Positions 27,751 through 37,690 of a DNA stretch of 61,833 nt are shown in pieces. The translations under genes and the position numbers were made by a program. Source of the stretch: Eubacterium sp. (GTDB lineage Bacteria; Bacillota; Clostridia; Lachnospirales; Lachnospiraceae). The stretch's first letter is position 1. Each line of letters opens with the position of its first letter. Where the stretch lies: positions 1 through 61,833 of the forward strand of contig JAFYBS010000009.1 of assembly GCA_017540125.1 (NCBI GenBank), given 5' to 3'. The notes under the pieces are model-generated. The model worked only from the letters and a program-made list of their open reading frames with translations, searched no databases and was not told the DNA's origin.

Positions 27751-29958
27751 TTAAATCAACGTGTTGGTATCAAAGATAAGTGCTACCTCACCATCTCCGA
27801 GGATTGTCGCACCACTGAACAGCTTCTCGTTTGTGATATGTCTTCCGAGAGACTTGATGACCGTCTCCTGCTGACCGATCAGATTGTCGACGATCATACC
27901 GACACGCTGATCTCCCTTCTGCATGATAACTACTACGTAGTTCTCCGGCTGAACCTCCAGTTCCTCGAGATCCAAAATCTCATGCGAGCGGATGATCGGA
28001 ATAACACTTCCACGAAGATTGATTACTTCCTTGTTCTGTACGAAGCGAATCTCGTTCTTCGGAACATCCTCGATTCCCTGAATATTGCTGAGCGGAATCG
28101 CATATTTTTCATTCATTACTTCAACCATCAATGCCTGGATGATAGCCAGTGTCAACGGCAGCTGGATAGAGAAGGTACTTCCCTCACCGGCCACGGACTT
28201 CGCGCTGATACTTCCACCCAGAGCCTCGATCTTGGTGCGAACCACATCCAGACCGACGCCTCGACCGGATACATCCGTAATCTTGTCGGCTGTGGAAAAA
28301 CTGGGCTGGAACAGCAGGTCGATATAATCCTTATCCGACATGGTCTCTGCCTGCTTCTCCGTAATCGTACCCTTCTCAAGAGCTTTGTTCCGAACCTTAT
28401 CAATATTGATACCGCCACCGTCATCACGAACCTCGATGACGACGTTGTTTCCATCCTGATAAGCATCGAGGAAGATCGAACCGACTTCGTCCTTGCCGAG
28501 TTTGACACGCTCCTCGTTACTCTCCAGACCATGATCGGCAGAGTTCCGTAACAAGTGCATCAACGGATCTCCGATCTCGTCGATAACCGTACGATCCAAC
28601 TCGGTCTCTTCACCGGTCATATACAGCTCCATCTTCTTGCCGAGCTTCCGGCTCAGGTCACGGATCATACGCGGGAACCTGTTAACCACGCTCTCGATGG
28701 GCACCATGCGGACCTTCATAACCGATTCATGAAGGTTCGTCGTGATTCTCTCCAGATACTCGATCTGGTCATTGAATGCCTGATTGTCACCGACAACGGC
28801 TTCTCCGTTGTTGCTGGCCGCAACCAGTCCGTTCTTGGCGATGATCAGCTCGCTGACGAGGTTCATCAGCTCATCCAGCTTGTCGATATCGACACGCACG
28901 GAACGGCTTCCCACTTTGGCTTTGCTTCCGCCGCCTCCTGAAGGCTTCTTCTTATCATCGTGATGATCATCGGCCGGTCGGATGGCTGCCGGTGCTGCTG
29001 CCCCCGGTGCCGGTGCTGCGGAAGCCGGTGCCTCCGGCGCTGCGGAAGCATCTCCGGAACTCGTTCCGACCGCTGCGTCATTGATCGGTTCACCATCTTC
29101 ATTCTCTGTTGGCTTGTCGGGAATCGGGAAGTCATCAATATACACAGAATCCACCTCCGATACATTTAAAATCATGGTCTTGATTTCGTCCTTTGACTCT
29201 CCGGTCACGAGGATCCAGCTGAAATCAAACTCAAACTCTTCATCTTCGATCTGCTCTGTCGAAGGAACGGATTTTACCAGTTCCCCCTTCTCGTCAACCG
29301 ATTTGAACACCAAAAACGCACGTGCCGACTTCAGAACACAGCTGTCCTGAAGGAACACGGTGATGCCGTAAACATTTTTTCCTTCCTGTCTGGCCGTCTG
29401 CATGGCTCCAATTTCGGATTCATTGACACGAATCTTCCGGAAATGCTCTTTCTCGGGATCCGATGCCGAGGCTGCGGGTTTTTCTTCCTCTGCTTCCGCC
29501 GCCGGAGCGGGGGCTGCCTTAGGTTCTTCTTTTGCCGGAGCAGGTGCTTTCTCTCCGCCTCCGCCGCCGTTCCCCTCATCATTCAAGATGGCGTTCAGAT
29601 CATTGATAATGTCTTCGTTGTCTTCGGTTCCTTCATTTCCCTCGGAAGAGATTACCGACAAATATCCCTCCAGAGCATCCAGTCCGCGGAACAGGATATC
29701 CACCAGTTTCGCACTGGCTTTCATGTTTCCGTTCCGGATCTCGGAAAAGACATTCTCCAGGTCATGAGTCAGCCGCTGCATACGGGCAAATCCCATGGTG
29801 CCTGCCATACCCTTGAGCGTATGAGCCGCACGGAAGATCTCGTTGACCGTATCCATGTCATCCGGCTCCTTCTCAAGAGCAAGTACGTGTTCGTTCAGGC
29901 TCTGAAGGTGCTCTTTGGTTTCATCGATGAACAAATCCAGATATTGACTCGTATCCAT
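27751..29958 (-). CDS. cheA: Chemotaxis histidine kinase CheA
   Basis: HPt FRAAHTLKG, P2, HLLRNSADHG, SGRGVGLDVV, CheW-like domain. Confidence 0.99.
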   Translation of the reverse strand: MDTSQYLDLFIDETKEHLQSLNEHVLALEKEPDDMDTVNEIFRAAHTLKGMAGTMGFARMQRLTHDLENVFSEIRNGNMKASAKLVDILFRGLDALEGYLSVISSEGNEGTEDNEDIINDLNAILNDEGNGGGGGEKAPAPAKEEPKAAPAPAAEAEEEKPAASASDPEKEHFRKIRVNESEIGAMQTARQEGKNVYGITVFLQDSCVLKSARAFLVFKSVDEKGELVKSVPSTEQIEDEEFEFDFSWILVTGESKDEIKTMILNVSEVDSVYIDDFPIPDKPTENEDGEPINDAAVGTSSGDASAAPEAPASAAPAPGAAAPAAIRPADDHHDDKKKPSGGGGSKAKVGSRSVRVDIDKLDELMNLVSELIIAKNGLVAASNNGEAVVGDNQAFNDQIEYLERITTNLHESVMKVRMVPIESVVNRFPRMIRDLSRKLGKKMELYMTGEETELDRTVIDEIGDPLMHLLRNSADHGLESNEERVKLGKDEVGSIFLDAYQDGNNVVIEVRDDGGGINIDKVRNKALEKGTITEKQAETMSDKDYIDLLFQPSFSTADKITDVSGRGVGLDVVRTKIEALGGSISAKSVAGEGSTFSIQLPLTLAIIQALMVEVMNEKYAIPLSNIQGIEDVPKNEIRFVQNKEVINLRGSVIPIIRSHEILDLEELEVQPENYVVVIMQKGDQRVGMIVDNLIGQQETVIKSLGRHITNEKLFSGATILGDGEVALIFDTNTLI

Positions 29959-30018
29959 ATCTACCTCTTTTCTGCAGGATCACCTGCTTTTTTTCTTCTG
30001 CTGCAAAAACTTGTCCGA

Positions 30019-31110
30019 CTATGCTCCTGCTCTTCTCATCAGCATGCCGGTGACATCCTCCAGCGGAACTACATCATCCGCCATTCCGGAATCTACGACT
30101 GCGCGCGGCATCCCATATACCACGCATGTATCTTTGTTCTGAGCCACGCACTTAACCTGATGTGACTCACGGATCAAAGAAATCCCTTTGCTGCCGTCAC
30201 TTCCCATTCCCGTCAACACGCCACAGATAATCTCTTCGAATGCCGTATCCACAAGGGATTCGAAAAAAATATCCGCACAGGGCCGCAACCCTCCTCTCGG
30301 CGGTTTATCATTCTCCGAGAAACAGTAAGACCCGTTGGGCTTGTGGATCAGTTCGCACTGCTTACCGCCCATGGCGATATACACGGTACCCGGCTTCAAA
30401 GTCTCACCGTCGGAAGCCTCCTTGACGTGGATCTGGCTCATCTCATCCAGACGCTGTGCCAGGGAGTTGGTAAATCCGGCCGGCATATGCTGAACGATAA
30501 CGACCGGGTAAGGAAAGTTCGCCGGGAAAAACGGCACCACCGACTGCAACGCTTTCGGTCCTCCCGTGGAAGACGCGATCACAACCAACTTCGTTCCCTT
30601 CTGTGCCGTGTGGAGCTTGCGCGGGCCTGCCGGCCTCGTCCCGGTAGACGGCCTTCTCGCCTCGTCGGAGCGGGGATGCCCCAAACCTCCGAAGTCTGAA
30701 GAACGACTGTCAAGTCCCGTGGCAACATAAACCTTTTTCAGAAGCTCAACACGAAAATCGGCAAAGTTTTCTCCGATGGAACTGATCGGCTTTTTGACAA
30801 AATCCAAAGCACCGAGTTCCAATGCTTCGATGGTCTCGCTTCCGCTCTCACTCGCGATGGAACTGACGATCAGAGAGGGGACGCGAATCCGGCTGCGGTT
30901 CATCTCACGAAGGAGACGGACACCGTCCATCTTCGGCATCTTGATGTCAATCAGGAGAATATCAAACTCCGCTCCGTGGATCAACTGATCCAGGGCAGCT
31001 TCGCCGTTGTTGGCTGTTCCGGCAACAGTCAGATTGTCATCCTGGTTTATTATATCAGAGATAACCCTTCTCATGAGTGCAGAGTCATCTATAACTAATA
31101 CTTTTTTCAT
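30019..31110 (-). CDS. cheB: Chemotaxis methylesterase CheB
   Basis: Receiver domain plus SSTGGP, VQHMP, LTGMGSDG. Confidence 0.98.
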   Translation of the reverse strand: MKKVLVIDDSALMRRVISDIINQDDNLTVAGTANNGEAALDQLIHGAEFDILLIDIKMPKMDGVRLLREMNRSRIRVPSLIVSSIASESGSETIEALELGALDFVKKPISSIGENFADFRVELLKKVYVATGLDSRSSDFGGLGHPRSDEARRPSTGTRPAGPRKLHTAQKGTKLVVIASSTGGPKALQSVVPFFPANFPYPVVIVQHMPAGFTNSLAQRLDEMSQIHVKEASDGETLKPGTVYIAMGGKQCELIHKPNGSYCFSENDKPPRGGLRPCADIFFESLVDTAFEEIICGVLTGMGSDGSKGISLIRESHQVKCVAQNKDTCVVYGMPRAVVDSGMADDVVPLEDVTGMLMRRAGA

Positions 31111-31859
31111 CTTTCGCCTCCAGACATTCTCCTTCGCTGCTCTTCAAATACGTATTTTACGATCATTTCCTGCTCCCGGTTGGTGATCGATTCGAATTCA
31201 CAGCGAGCGTCCTTCGAGTTCCGGCTTTCTCCGGTACATTCCACCACGTGGGAAAAAGCCCTGAACGATTCCACCCCTCGTTGCATAGATAACGGAACTA
31301 CCACCTCGATCGGCTCTCCCACATCCAGCGGCTCGTTCAGATGAAACCGAACACCGCCTCCGCTGAGGTTGGTAATTGTTGCTTTATGCCAGTTCTCCGG
31401 CAGTTCCGAAAGCGCCTTCTCACATTCGGCAATCTCCTGCTCCTTCAGAAGAGCCTTTTCCTCCAGCCGGCGCCGAAGCTTCAATTCCTCCGCTGACAGC
31501 CGGCGATACTGGATCTCAAAGGAACAGTCAAGACGAAAGAACTTCCTTCTCTGAAACTTCACCGGCTCAGATACCAGCAACACCTCCAGTGTTGCCAGCT
31601 TATTATCGACAGAACGGTCTTTAATCCGTCCTCTGCACTGATGCAACCCGCTTTTGGTAAAAAAACACAGGTTGATATCCTCATCCACACGAAGCGGTAC
31701 AAGACGGCCGTCCTGAACCGGTGCGGCTATTTTTATCATGCGAATGCTACCGAAATCCAGGAGCTGACTGACATATTTTTTTTCAGACTTATCATAGGAA
31801 AAAGCAGACCTCACCGGCGTGAGCTCAATCTTATCTCCGATGCTGAAAACCTGGTCCAT
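31107..31859 (-). CDS. PilZ-domain flagellar brake (YcgR/MotI-like)
   Basis: QRRKFFR and NLSGGG c-di-GMP-binding motifs. Confidence 0.9.
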   Translation of the reverse strand: MDQVFSIGDKIELTPVRSAFSYDKSEKKYVSQLLDFGSIRMIKIAAPVQDGRLVPLRVDEDINLCFFTKSGLHQCRGRIKDRSVDNKLATLEVLLVSEPVKFQRRKFFRLDCSFEIQYRRLSAEELKLRRRLEEKALLKEQEIAECEKALSELPENWHKATITNLSGGGVRFHLNEPLDVGEPIEVVVPLSMQRGVESFRAFSHVVECTGESRNSKDARCEFESITNREQEMIVKYVFEEQRRRMSGGER

Positions 31860-31939
31860 TCACACTCTCCATTCTAAATCTTTTCAAGTAGTTTTCGGAT
31901 TCTTCGAATCCAAAAAACGGCAAAAACGCGAAGCGTTTT

Positions 31940-32842
31940 TTATCCCCGATTCTTTCCGAATTTCATTCGGATCACACTGGAGAACAACCTCATGATCCCC
32001 CACCCCTGCTCTTCTGCAGGAAGTGATGCATCTCCCAGCTTTGCCGCAATCTCCATCAGGGATCTTGACGCCGATGAATTCGGTGCCAATAAAACGACCG
32101 GCTCCTGACGAAGGATTGCTTTCGACATGTTATCATCGTAGGGGATCGCCCCGAGATAATCGATGTCGATATTCAGAAACTTGCTGACCACAATTCCCAG
32201 TTTTTCATGAAGCTCATTGGCGTCGTTGTTTCCCCTGACCTGGTTGGCGATCAGCTTAACCACCGTAGTTGCCTTGTGATAAGAAGAGTTTCTGTTCAAA
32301 GATTTCAACAGGGCATAGGCATCGGTGATGGAAGTAGGTTCCGGCGTAGCTACCAGAAGCACCTCTTCACTGGCCGCTACAAATTCCAAAACCGAATTTC
32401 CGATACCGGCCCCCGTATCGACAATGACAATGTCTGCCAGCTGATCCAACTCCGCCATCTTCTGGATCAAATCCACAATCTGGGTTTTGTTGAGATTAGC
32501 CATTTCGTTGATGCCGGAACCACCGGAGATAAAACCGATATTCTCCGGTCCGTAGGTGATGATCTCACGCATATTTTTCTCGCGGAACATCAGATCCGCG
32601 AGGTTAAACTGCGGACGAATTCCCAACATGATCTCGATGTTAGCCAACCCGAAATCGGCATCCAGGATCACAACCTTTTTTCCCAAACGACTCAGGGAGA
32701 TGGCGAGATTGACCGAAACGCTGGTCTTTCCGACGCCTCCCTTTCCGGAGGTGACCGTGATCACTCGTGACATGGTCGGCGGCAGATCCGGCTGGTACTG
32801 CTGCCGTTTGATGATGTTGCGCAAGCGTTCCGCCTGATCCAT
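31940..32842 (-). CDS. flhG: MinD-like ATPase FlhG
   Basis: MDQAERLR, SGKGGVGKT, DADFGLAN, TPEPTSITDAY. Confidence 0.96.
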   Translation of the reverse strand: MDQAERLRNIIKRQQYQPDLPPTMSRVITVTSGKGGVGKTSVSVNLAISLSRLGKKVVILDADFGLANIEIMLGIRPQFNLADLMFREKNMREIITYGPENIGFISGGSGINEMANLNKTQIVDLIQKMAELDQLADIVIVDTGAGIGNSVLEFVAASEEVLLVATPEPTSITDAYALLKSLNRNSSYHKATTVVKLIANQVRGNNDANELHEKLGIVVSKFLNIDIDYLGAIPYDDNMSKAILRQEPVVLLAPNSSASRSLMEIAAKLGDASLPAEEQGWGIMRLFSSVIRMKFGKNRG

Positions 32843-32888
32843 CCGCGCACCTCCTTTCGTTTTAATAATACTACTTATTTTTCTAAAC

Positions 32889-34268
32889 TTATGACAATAC
32901 CTGCTTGGCTACTACCTGGGCGTTGATCCGTTCGATGTCATCCGGTACGTTCTGCCCGTTGGTCACATAGGAAAGCGGGCATTTGGTACTCATCTTCATG
33001 TTCAGCATCACGCCGGCCGATGAGGTTTCGTCCAGCTTGGTAAACACGATACTGTAATCCGTGATATCCGAATATACTTTTGCGATATCCAGAAGATCCT
33101 TGTATTTGGTCCCGACACTCAGGCAAAGATAAACCAGTCGTTTCGCAATCGGTACCTGCTCAAGCAATACCTTTACATCATTGATCTGATCGTGGTTTTT
33201 GTGAGAACATCCTGCCGTATCCACCAGAACAACATCATACTGTTGCAGATCATCCAGCATTTCTTTCAGTTCATCCGGATTATAAACCACATGCAGAGGA
33301 ACATCCAGGATATCCGCATAAACGCGAAGCTGTTCCACAGCTGCTACACGATACGTATCTGCCGTTACCAGAGCCAGTTTACAGTTTTGTTCCAGTTTCA
33401 GTTTCGAAGCGATCTTTGCGATCGTCGTTGTTTTTCCGACCCCGGTGGAGCCCAGGAAAAAGACAAACTTGGTCGGCTCGTGCGGCTTAAAATTAATGGT
33501 ATAGGCCTGCCCGATCATCAGAATAATTCTCTGATAAACACTGCCGAGAATCTGATCCACTGCGGCATCCTTCGGAAGCGATCGTTTCGCTTCATCCAGG
33601 ATCCGGTCGGCGATGGCAGGATCCACCTCATTTTGAACCAATTGTTTGTATACCAGATCGCGATACATCTGACTTTTGTCGTCTTTATTTCCCGTTTGTT
33701 TTTCCGCTTCGGAATCCGTCTGCGGTTTCTCCGGTGCTTTCTCCGGCTTCGGTTTTTCTGCCGGCGGCTTCTCCTCTTTCACCGGCTTTGGAGCTTCCAC
33801 CCTTGTCGCCTGTCGGGCCGGTTCCGCGGAAGGTGCCGACGAAACAGACTTCTCTTCCATCTGTTTTTCCAACAAAGTAAAAAGCTGTGTCAACCGTTCC
33901 TCGTTGGTCTGTTTTTCCGAAGCAGGCGTTGAGGAAATCTGGGTTGTTTTTCCCTGTGATTTTCCGGAGGATTTTTCCAGAGGAGGCAGACCCTCCAAAG
34001 GCGGAATCGAAACATCAAACTGATTTCCGTGTCCGTTCTCCCTCGGACGTACCGTCGGTGTAACTTCCTTCGCAGGCTTTTCCTCACTGTAGGTCGTATT
34101 CTCATCCAGAGCTGCCGTCACTTCCACTTTTGCGCGCAGAAAAATACGCATCACGCCACGCGGATGAACCTTTTTCACATTCATCACGATAGCATTGCTG
34201 CCCAATTCTTCTTTCGCCTTCTCGATGGCGTCTTTTTCCGTTTTTGCTATGTATTTTTTAATAATCAT
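32889..34268 (-). CDS. flhF: SRP-family GTPase FlhF
   Basis: GVGKTTTIAK, DTYRVAAVEQL, DTAG, TKLDET, GQNVPDDI. Confidence 0.97.
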   Translation of the reverse strand: MIIKKYIAKTEKDAIEKAKEELGSNAIVMNVKKVHPRGVMRIFLRAKVEVTAALDENTTYSEEKPAKEVTPTVRPRENGHGNQFDVSIPPLEGLPPLEKSSGKSQGKTTQISSTPASEKQTNEERLTQLFTLLEKQMEEKSVSSAPSAEPARQATRVEAPKPVKEEKPPAEKPKPEKAPEKPQTDSEAEKQTGNKDDKSQMYRDLVYKQLVQNEVDPAIADRILDEAKRSLPKDAAVDQILGSVYQRIILMIGQAYTINFKPHEPTKFVFFLGSTGVGKTTTIAKIASKLKLEQNCKLALVTADTYRVAAVEQLRVYADILDVPLHVVYNPDELKEMLDDLQQYDVVLVDTAGCSHKNHDQINDVKVLLEQVPIAKRLVYLCLSVGTKYKDLLDIAKVYSDITDYSIVFTKLDETSSAGVMLNMKMSTKCPLSYVTNGQNVPDDIERINAQVVAKQVLS

Positions 34269-36301
34269 TCAACGGTCACCATCCCTACTGATTGCAGCTC
34301 CACTTCGGAGTCAATCTCGTTATATGATAATACATGGAGGTTTCGGAATTGTTCCTCCGTTAATTTTTTTACATACATACGGACGATCGGTGAAGTGATC
34401 AGGATCGGTGTTCTGCCCAGCTCTTCCAGCTTCTGGATTTCCGTTCGTATGGATTCCATCAGGTCCTGGGTATAAGCCGGATCCAGAGCCAGATACGACC
34501 CCTGTTCCGTCTGTTTCACAGCACCCATGATCTCCTGCTCCACCTTCGGATCCAGCGTCACCACACTGGTGGGTTCATTGCTGAAGAAATACTGGTTGGA
34601 GATCGCCCGTTTCAGACTCTGTCTCACATACTCTGTCAAAACATCCGTGTCATGCGTCGTTGTCGCATAGTCGGCCAGTGTTTCAAAAATAGTCACCAGA
34701 TCACGGATGGAAATCCCTTCTGCCAAAAGGTTCTGGAGTACCTTCTGTATCTCACCTACGTTCAAAAGCTTCGGAACCAATTCGGATATCAACGTGGTAT
34801 TGGCTTCCTGAACATTTTCGATCAGGTTCTGTACATCCTGTCTGGTGAGAAGCTCAGCCAGGTGCGACCGGATCACCTCTGTCAGGTGCGTGGCGATGAT
34901 TGACGGCGGATCCACTACCGTGTAGCCGAGAGACTCGGCACGCTCACGCTGACTCTCCGTGATCCAGATGGCCGGCAGATGATAGGACGGCTCAAAGGTG
35001 GGGATACCGGATATCTCCTCCTCCACATAGCCGGGATTCATCGCCATATAATGATCAAAAAGGATCTCTCCCTCACTGACCGGAACGCCCTTGATCTTGA
35101 TCAGATACTGGTTCGGGTTGAGCTGTATGTTATCACGCAGTCGGATCATAGGCACAACACAACCCAACTCCAACGCTATCTGTCGTCGGATCATAACAAC
35201 TCGATCCAGCAGATCGCCACCCTGATTGACATCCGCCAAGGGGATAATACCATACCCGAACTCCAGCTCGATCGCATCGACTTGGAGAAGAGAATTGACA
35301 TTCTCCGGCCTTCGTATCTCCTCGGCGGATTCCTCTTCCTCGGCGACGGCCTCCTCGATTTGCGCTTCCTCCAAAGTTCCGGCTATCATCCGGGATACAA
35401 CGATAAAAATCACACCGTACCCGACAAAAATAACAATATTCAACGGGGTAAATACACCCAGCCCGATCAGGGCCGCCCCCACGATCAACAGTACCTTCGG
35501 AATCGAGAACAACTGCTTCTGTAGGACATTTCCCACGTCGGCATCCTTGGATCCCTTGGTAACCAAAATACCGGTCGCCAGTGATATCATCAGCGACGGA
35601 ATCTGAGAAGTCAGACCGTCACCAATGGTGAGGATGGAGTATTTTTGAATCGCCCCGGCAAAATCAAGGCCATTCATCATAACTCCCAGGGCGATTCCTC
35701 CGGCAAAGTTGATCACCGTGATGATGAGTCCGGCTGTGGCATCTCCCTTTACGTACTTTGTAGCACCGTCCATGGCTCCGAAGAAGGCCGATTCCTGTTG
35801 AATCTTATCTCGTCTTTCCTTCGCTTCTTCGTCCGTGATGGCTCCGGTGTTCAGATCGGCATCGATGGCCATCTGTTTACCGGGCATGGCGTCCAGTGTA
35901 AATCTCGCCGTAACCTCGGATACACGCTCGGAACCTTTGTTGATAACCATCAGCTGCATGATCAGCAAGACGAAGAATACGATGGCTCCGACGATCAGGT
36001 TTCCTCCTCCGACGAAGTTTCCGAACGTGGAAACCACGTTTCCGGCTTCACCGGTCAGAAGGATATTTCGAGTCGAGCTGACGTTCAAAGCCAGCCGGAA
36101 CAGGGTTGTCAAAAGTAACAGGGTCGGGAAGGAGGACATGTCCAGTGCTTCCTTCGAAAACAGCGCGTTGAACAGGATGATCATGGCGATCGATATGTTC
36201 AAAGCGAACATCAAATCGAGAAGGAACAGGGGCACCGGGATGATCAAAAACAGAATCGGCACGAGCACGAACGCGCCGAGCGCGATGTCTGATTTTTGCA
36301 T
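34265..36301 (-). CDS. flhA: Flagellar export gate protein FlhA
   Basis: ARFTLDAMPGKQMAIDADL, FGAMDGATKYVKGD. Confidence 0.99.
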   Translation of the reverse strand: MQKSDIALGAFVLVPILFLIIPVPLFLLDLMFALNISIAMIILFNALFSKEALDMSSFPTLLLLTTLFRLALNVSSTRNILLTGEAGNVVSTFGNFVGGGNLIVGAIVFFVLLIMQLMVINKGSERVSEVTARFTLDAMPGKQMAIDADLNTGAITDEEAKERRDKIQQESAFFGAMDGATKYVKGDATAGLIITVINFAGGIALGVMMNGLDFAGAIQKYSILTIGDGLTSQIPSLMISLATGILVTKGSKDADVGNVLQKQLFSIPKVLLIVGAALIGLGVFTPLNIVIFVGYGVIFIVVSRMIAGTLEEAQIEEAVAEEEESAEEIRRPENVNSLLQVDAIELEFGYGIIPLADVNQGGDLLDRVVMIRRQIALELGCVVPMIRLRDNIQLNPNQYLIKIKGVPVSEGEILFDHYMAMNPGYVEEEISGIPTFEPSYHLPAIWITESQRERAESLGYTVVDPPSIIATHLTEVIRSHLAELLTRQDVQNLIENVQEANTTLISELVPKLLNVGEIQKVLQNLLAEGISIRDLVTIFETLADYATTTHDTDVLTEYVRQSLKRAISNQYFFSNEPTSVVTLDPKVEQEIMGAVKQTEQGSYLALDPAYTQDLMESIRTEIQKLEELGRTPILITSPIVRMYVKKLTEEQFRNLHVLSYNEIDSEVELQSVGMVTVE

Positions 36302-36354
36302 TCCGGTTCACCTCCTTCTCTCTCTCCCTGCCGGGAGCAAAATCACACTTCCTG

Positions 36355-36453
36355 CCGGGAGCGCTGATGCTTGACAAACATTTTGACTCGTGCCTGAGGA
36401 AACTCTTCGAGTTTCCAAAGCGCTCTCAAAATGTTTGCAAGCGCCGCTCCCGG
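36355..36453. repeat. Long imperfect palindrome (REP-like) in the flhB-flhA spacer
   Basis: CCGGGAGCG/CGCTCCCGG, GCTTG(A)CAAACATTTTGA/TCAAAATGTTTGCAAGC, GGAAACTC-TTC-GAGTTTCC. Confidence 0.65.
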
Positions 36454-36523
36454 ATGAACACCTTCACTGTCCATGTGCAATGTGCAACAATCCATGACGG
36501 CTGTCAGACCGATGAAATGTTGT

Positions 36524-37669
36524 TTAGCCTGCTTGATCCATGCTGTATACATAAGCAAGGATCTCTGCGACCATCTGATATAGTTCAGGAGGTATTTCCT
36601 CCCCTATGTTGACGTTGTGATAGAGCATCCGGGCCACCGGTTTGTTTTCAACAATCTCGATGTGGTTTTCCCGGGCGATGTCTTTGATCTTCTCCGCCAG
36701 GAAGTCCGCTCCCTTGGCGATGACGATCGGCGCTTCGGCTGTGTCTTTGTCATATTTCAGTGCGACCGCCAGGTGGGTCGGGTTCGTGATGACCACATCC
36801 GCCTCCGGAAGCTGCTGCATCATTCGACGACGGGAGGCCTCCTGCATCTTTCTTCGGATGGCTCCTTTGATCTCCGGATTTCCTTCGGAGTTTTTGTACT
36901 CGTCCTTGACCTCCTGTTTGGTCATTCGCATATCTTTTTTAAACTTTCGTTTCTGGTAATACCAATCGGCAAACGCGATGCCAAGAAATACGATCGCAAC
37001 ACGAAGTGCGATATCCAAAACCGTCTCGATGATAAGATGTACGGCTGCTACTACATCCAACTGATAAATGTTGGTGATCATCCCCCACTGATCCTCGATA
37101 TAGGAATATACCACCCAGAAAAGAACCAGTAGCTTGACAATGGCTTTGATCAGTTCAACAAGCTTGTCTTTCGAAATTATTTTTTTAAATCCTTTGATCG
37201 GATTCAGTTTACTGAACTTCGGTTTCAGAGGTTTTGAAGTAACCTTCCATTTTACCTGCTTGACACCTACAACAAATGCCACCAGAACACCGATCAGGGC
37301 GATGGGAAGGATGGTAAACATCACTTGCTTCAACCCAAACGAAAACAGGTTTTCCGACCGGCTGAGATTGAACTCATTGGTCGCGTAATCGGACATGTTT
37401 GACATATAATAAAAATACGCTTCATAGATCCGATCATAGATAAATCCACCGAATATTTTTACCCCCAGAATCAACACAAGAAGCATCGCTGCCGTATTCA
37501 GATCCTGGGACCTGGGTGCCTGACCTTCTCCTCGCGCGTCCTGCAATTTCTTCGGGGTTGCTTCTTCCGTTTTCTCCCCGCCATCGTCTTTGGCAAAGCG
37601 CTGGAGATCGTAGGCGAGAAGAAATCGCCCGGCTGGTTCCGGCTGATATTTATCAATCATAACAATCAT
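36524..37669 (-). CDS. flhB: Flagellar export switch protein FlhB
   Basis: EKTEEATPKK, NPTH autocleavage motif; exact start uncertain (37669 or 37660). Confidence 0.98.
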   Translation of the reverse strand: MIVMIDKYQPEPAGRFLLAYDLQRFAKDDGGEKTEEATPKKLQDARGEGQAPRSQDLNTAAMLLVLILGVKIFGGFIYDRIYEAYFYYMSNMSDYATNEFNLSRSENLFSFGLKQVMFTILPIALIGVLVAFVVGVKQVKWKVTSKPLKPKFSKLNPIKGFKKIISKDKLVELIKAIVKLLVLFWVVYSYIEDQWGMITNIYQLDVVAAVHLIIETVLDIALRVAIVFLGIAFADWYYQKRKFKKDMRMTKQEVKDEYKNSEGNPEIKGAIRRKMQEASRRRMMQQLPEADVVITNPTHLAVALKYDKDTAEAPIVIAKGADFLAEKIKDIARENHIEIVENKPVARMLYHNVNIGEEIPPELYQMVAEILAYVYSMDQAG

Positions 37670-37690
37670 ATCCGATCTCCGTAAAAATAA

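Noticed and set aside
36343-36558. 71-aa minus-strand ORF and a plus-strand TTGACA in the flhB-flhA spacer
   Set aside because: No RBS or recognisable domain; the TTGACA has no -10 at proper spacing and is part of the stem
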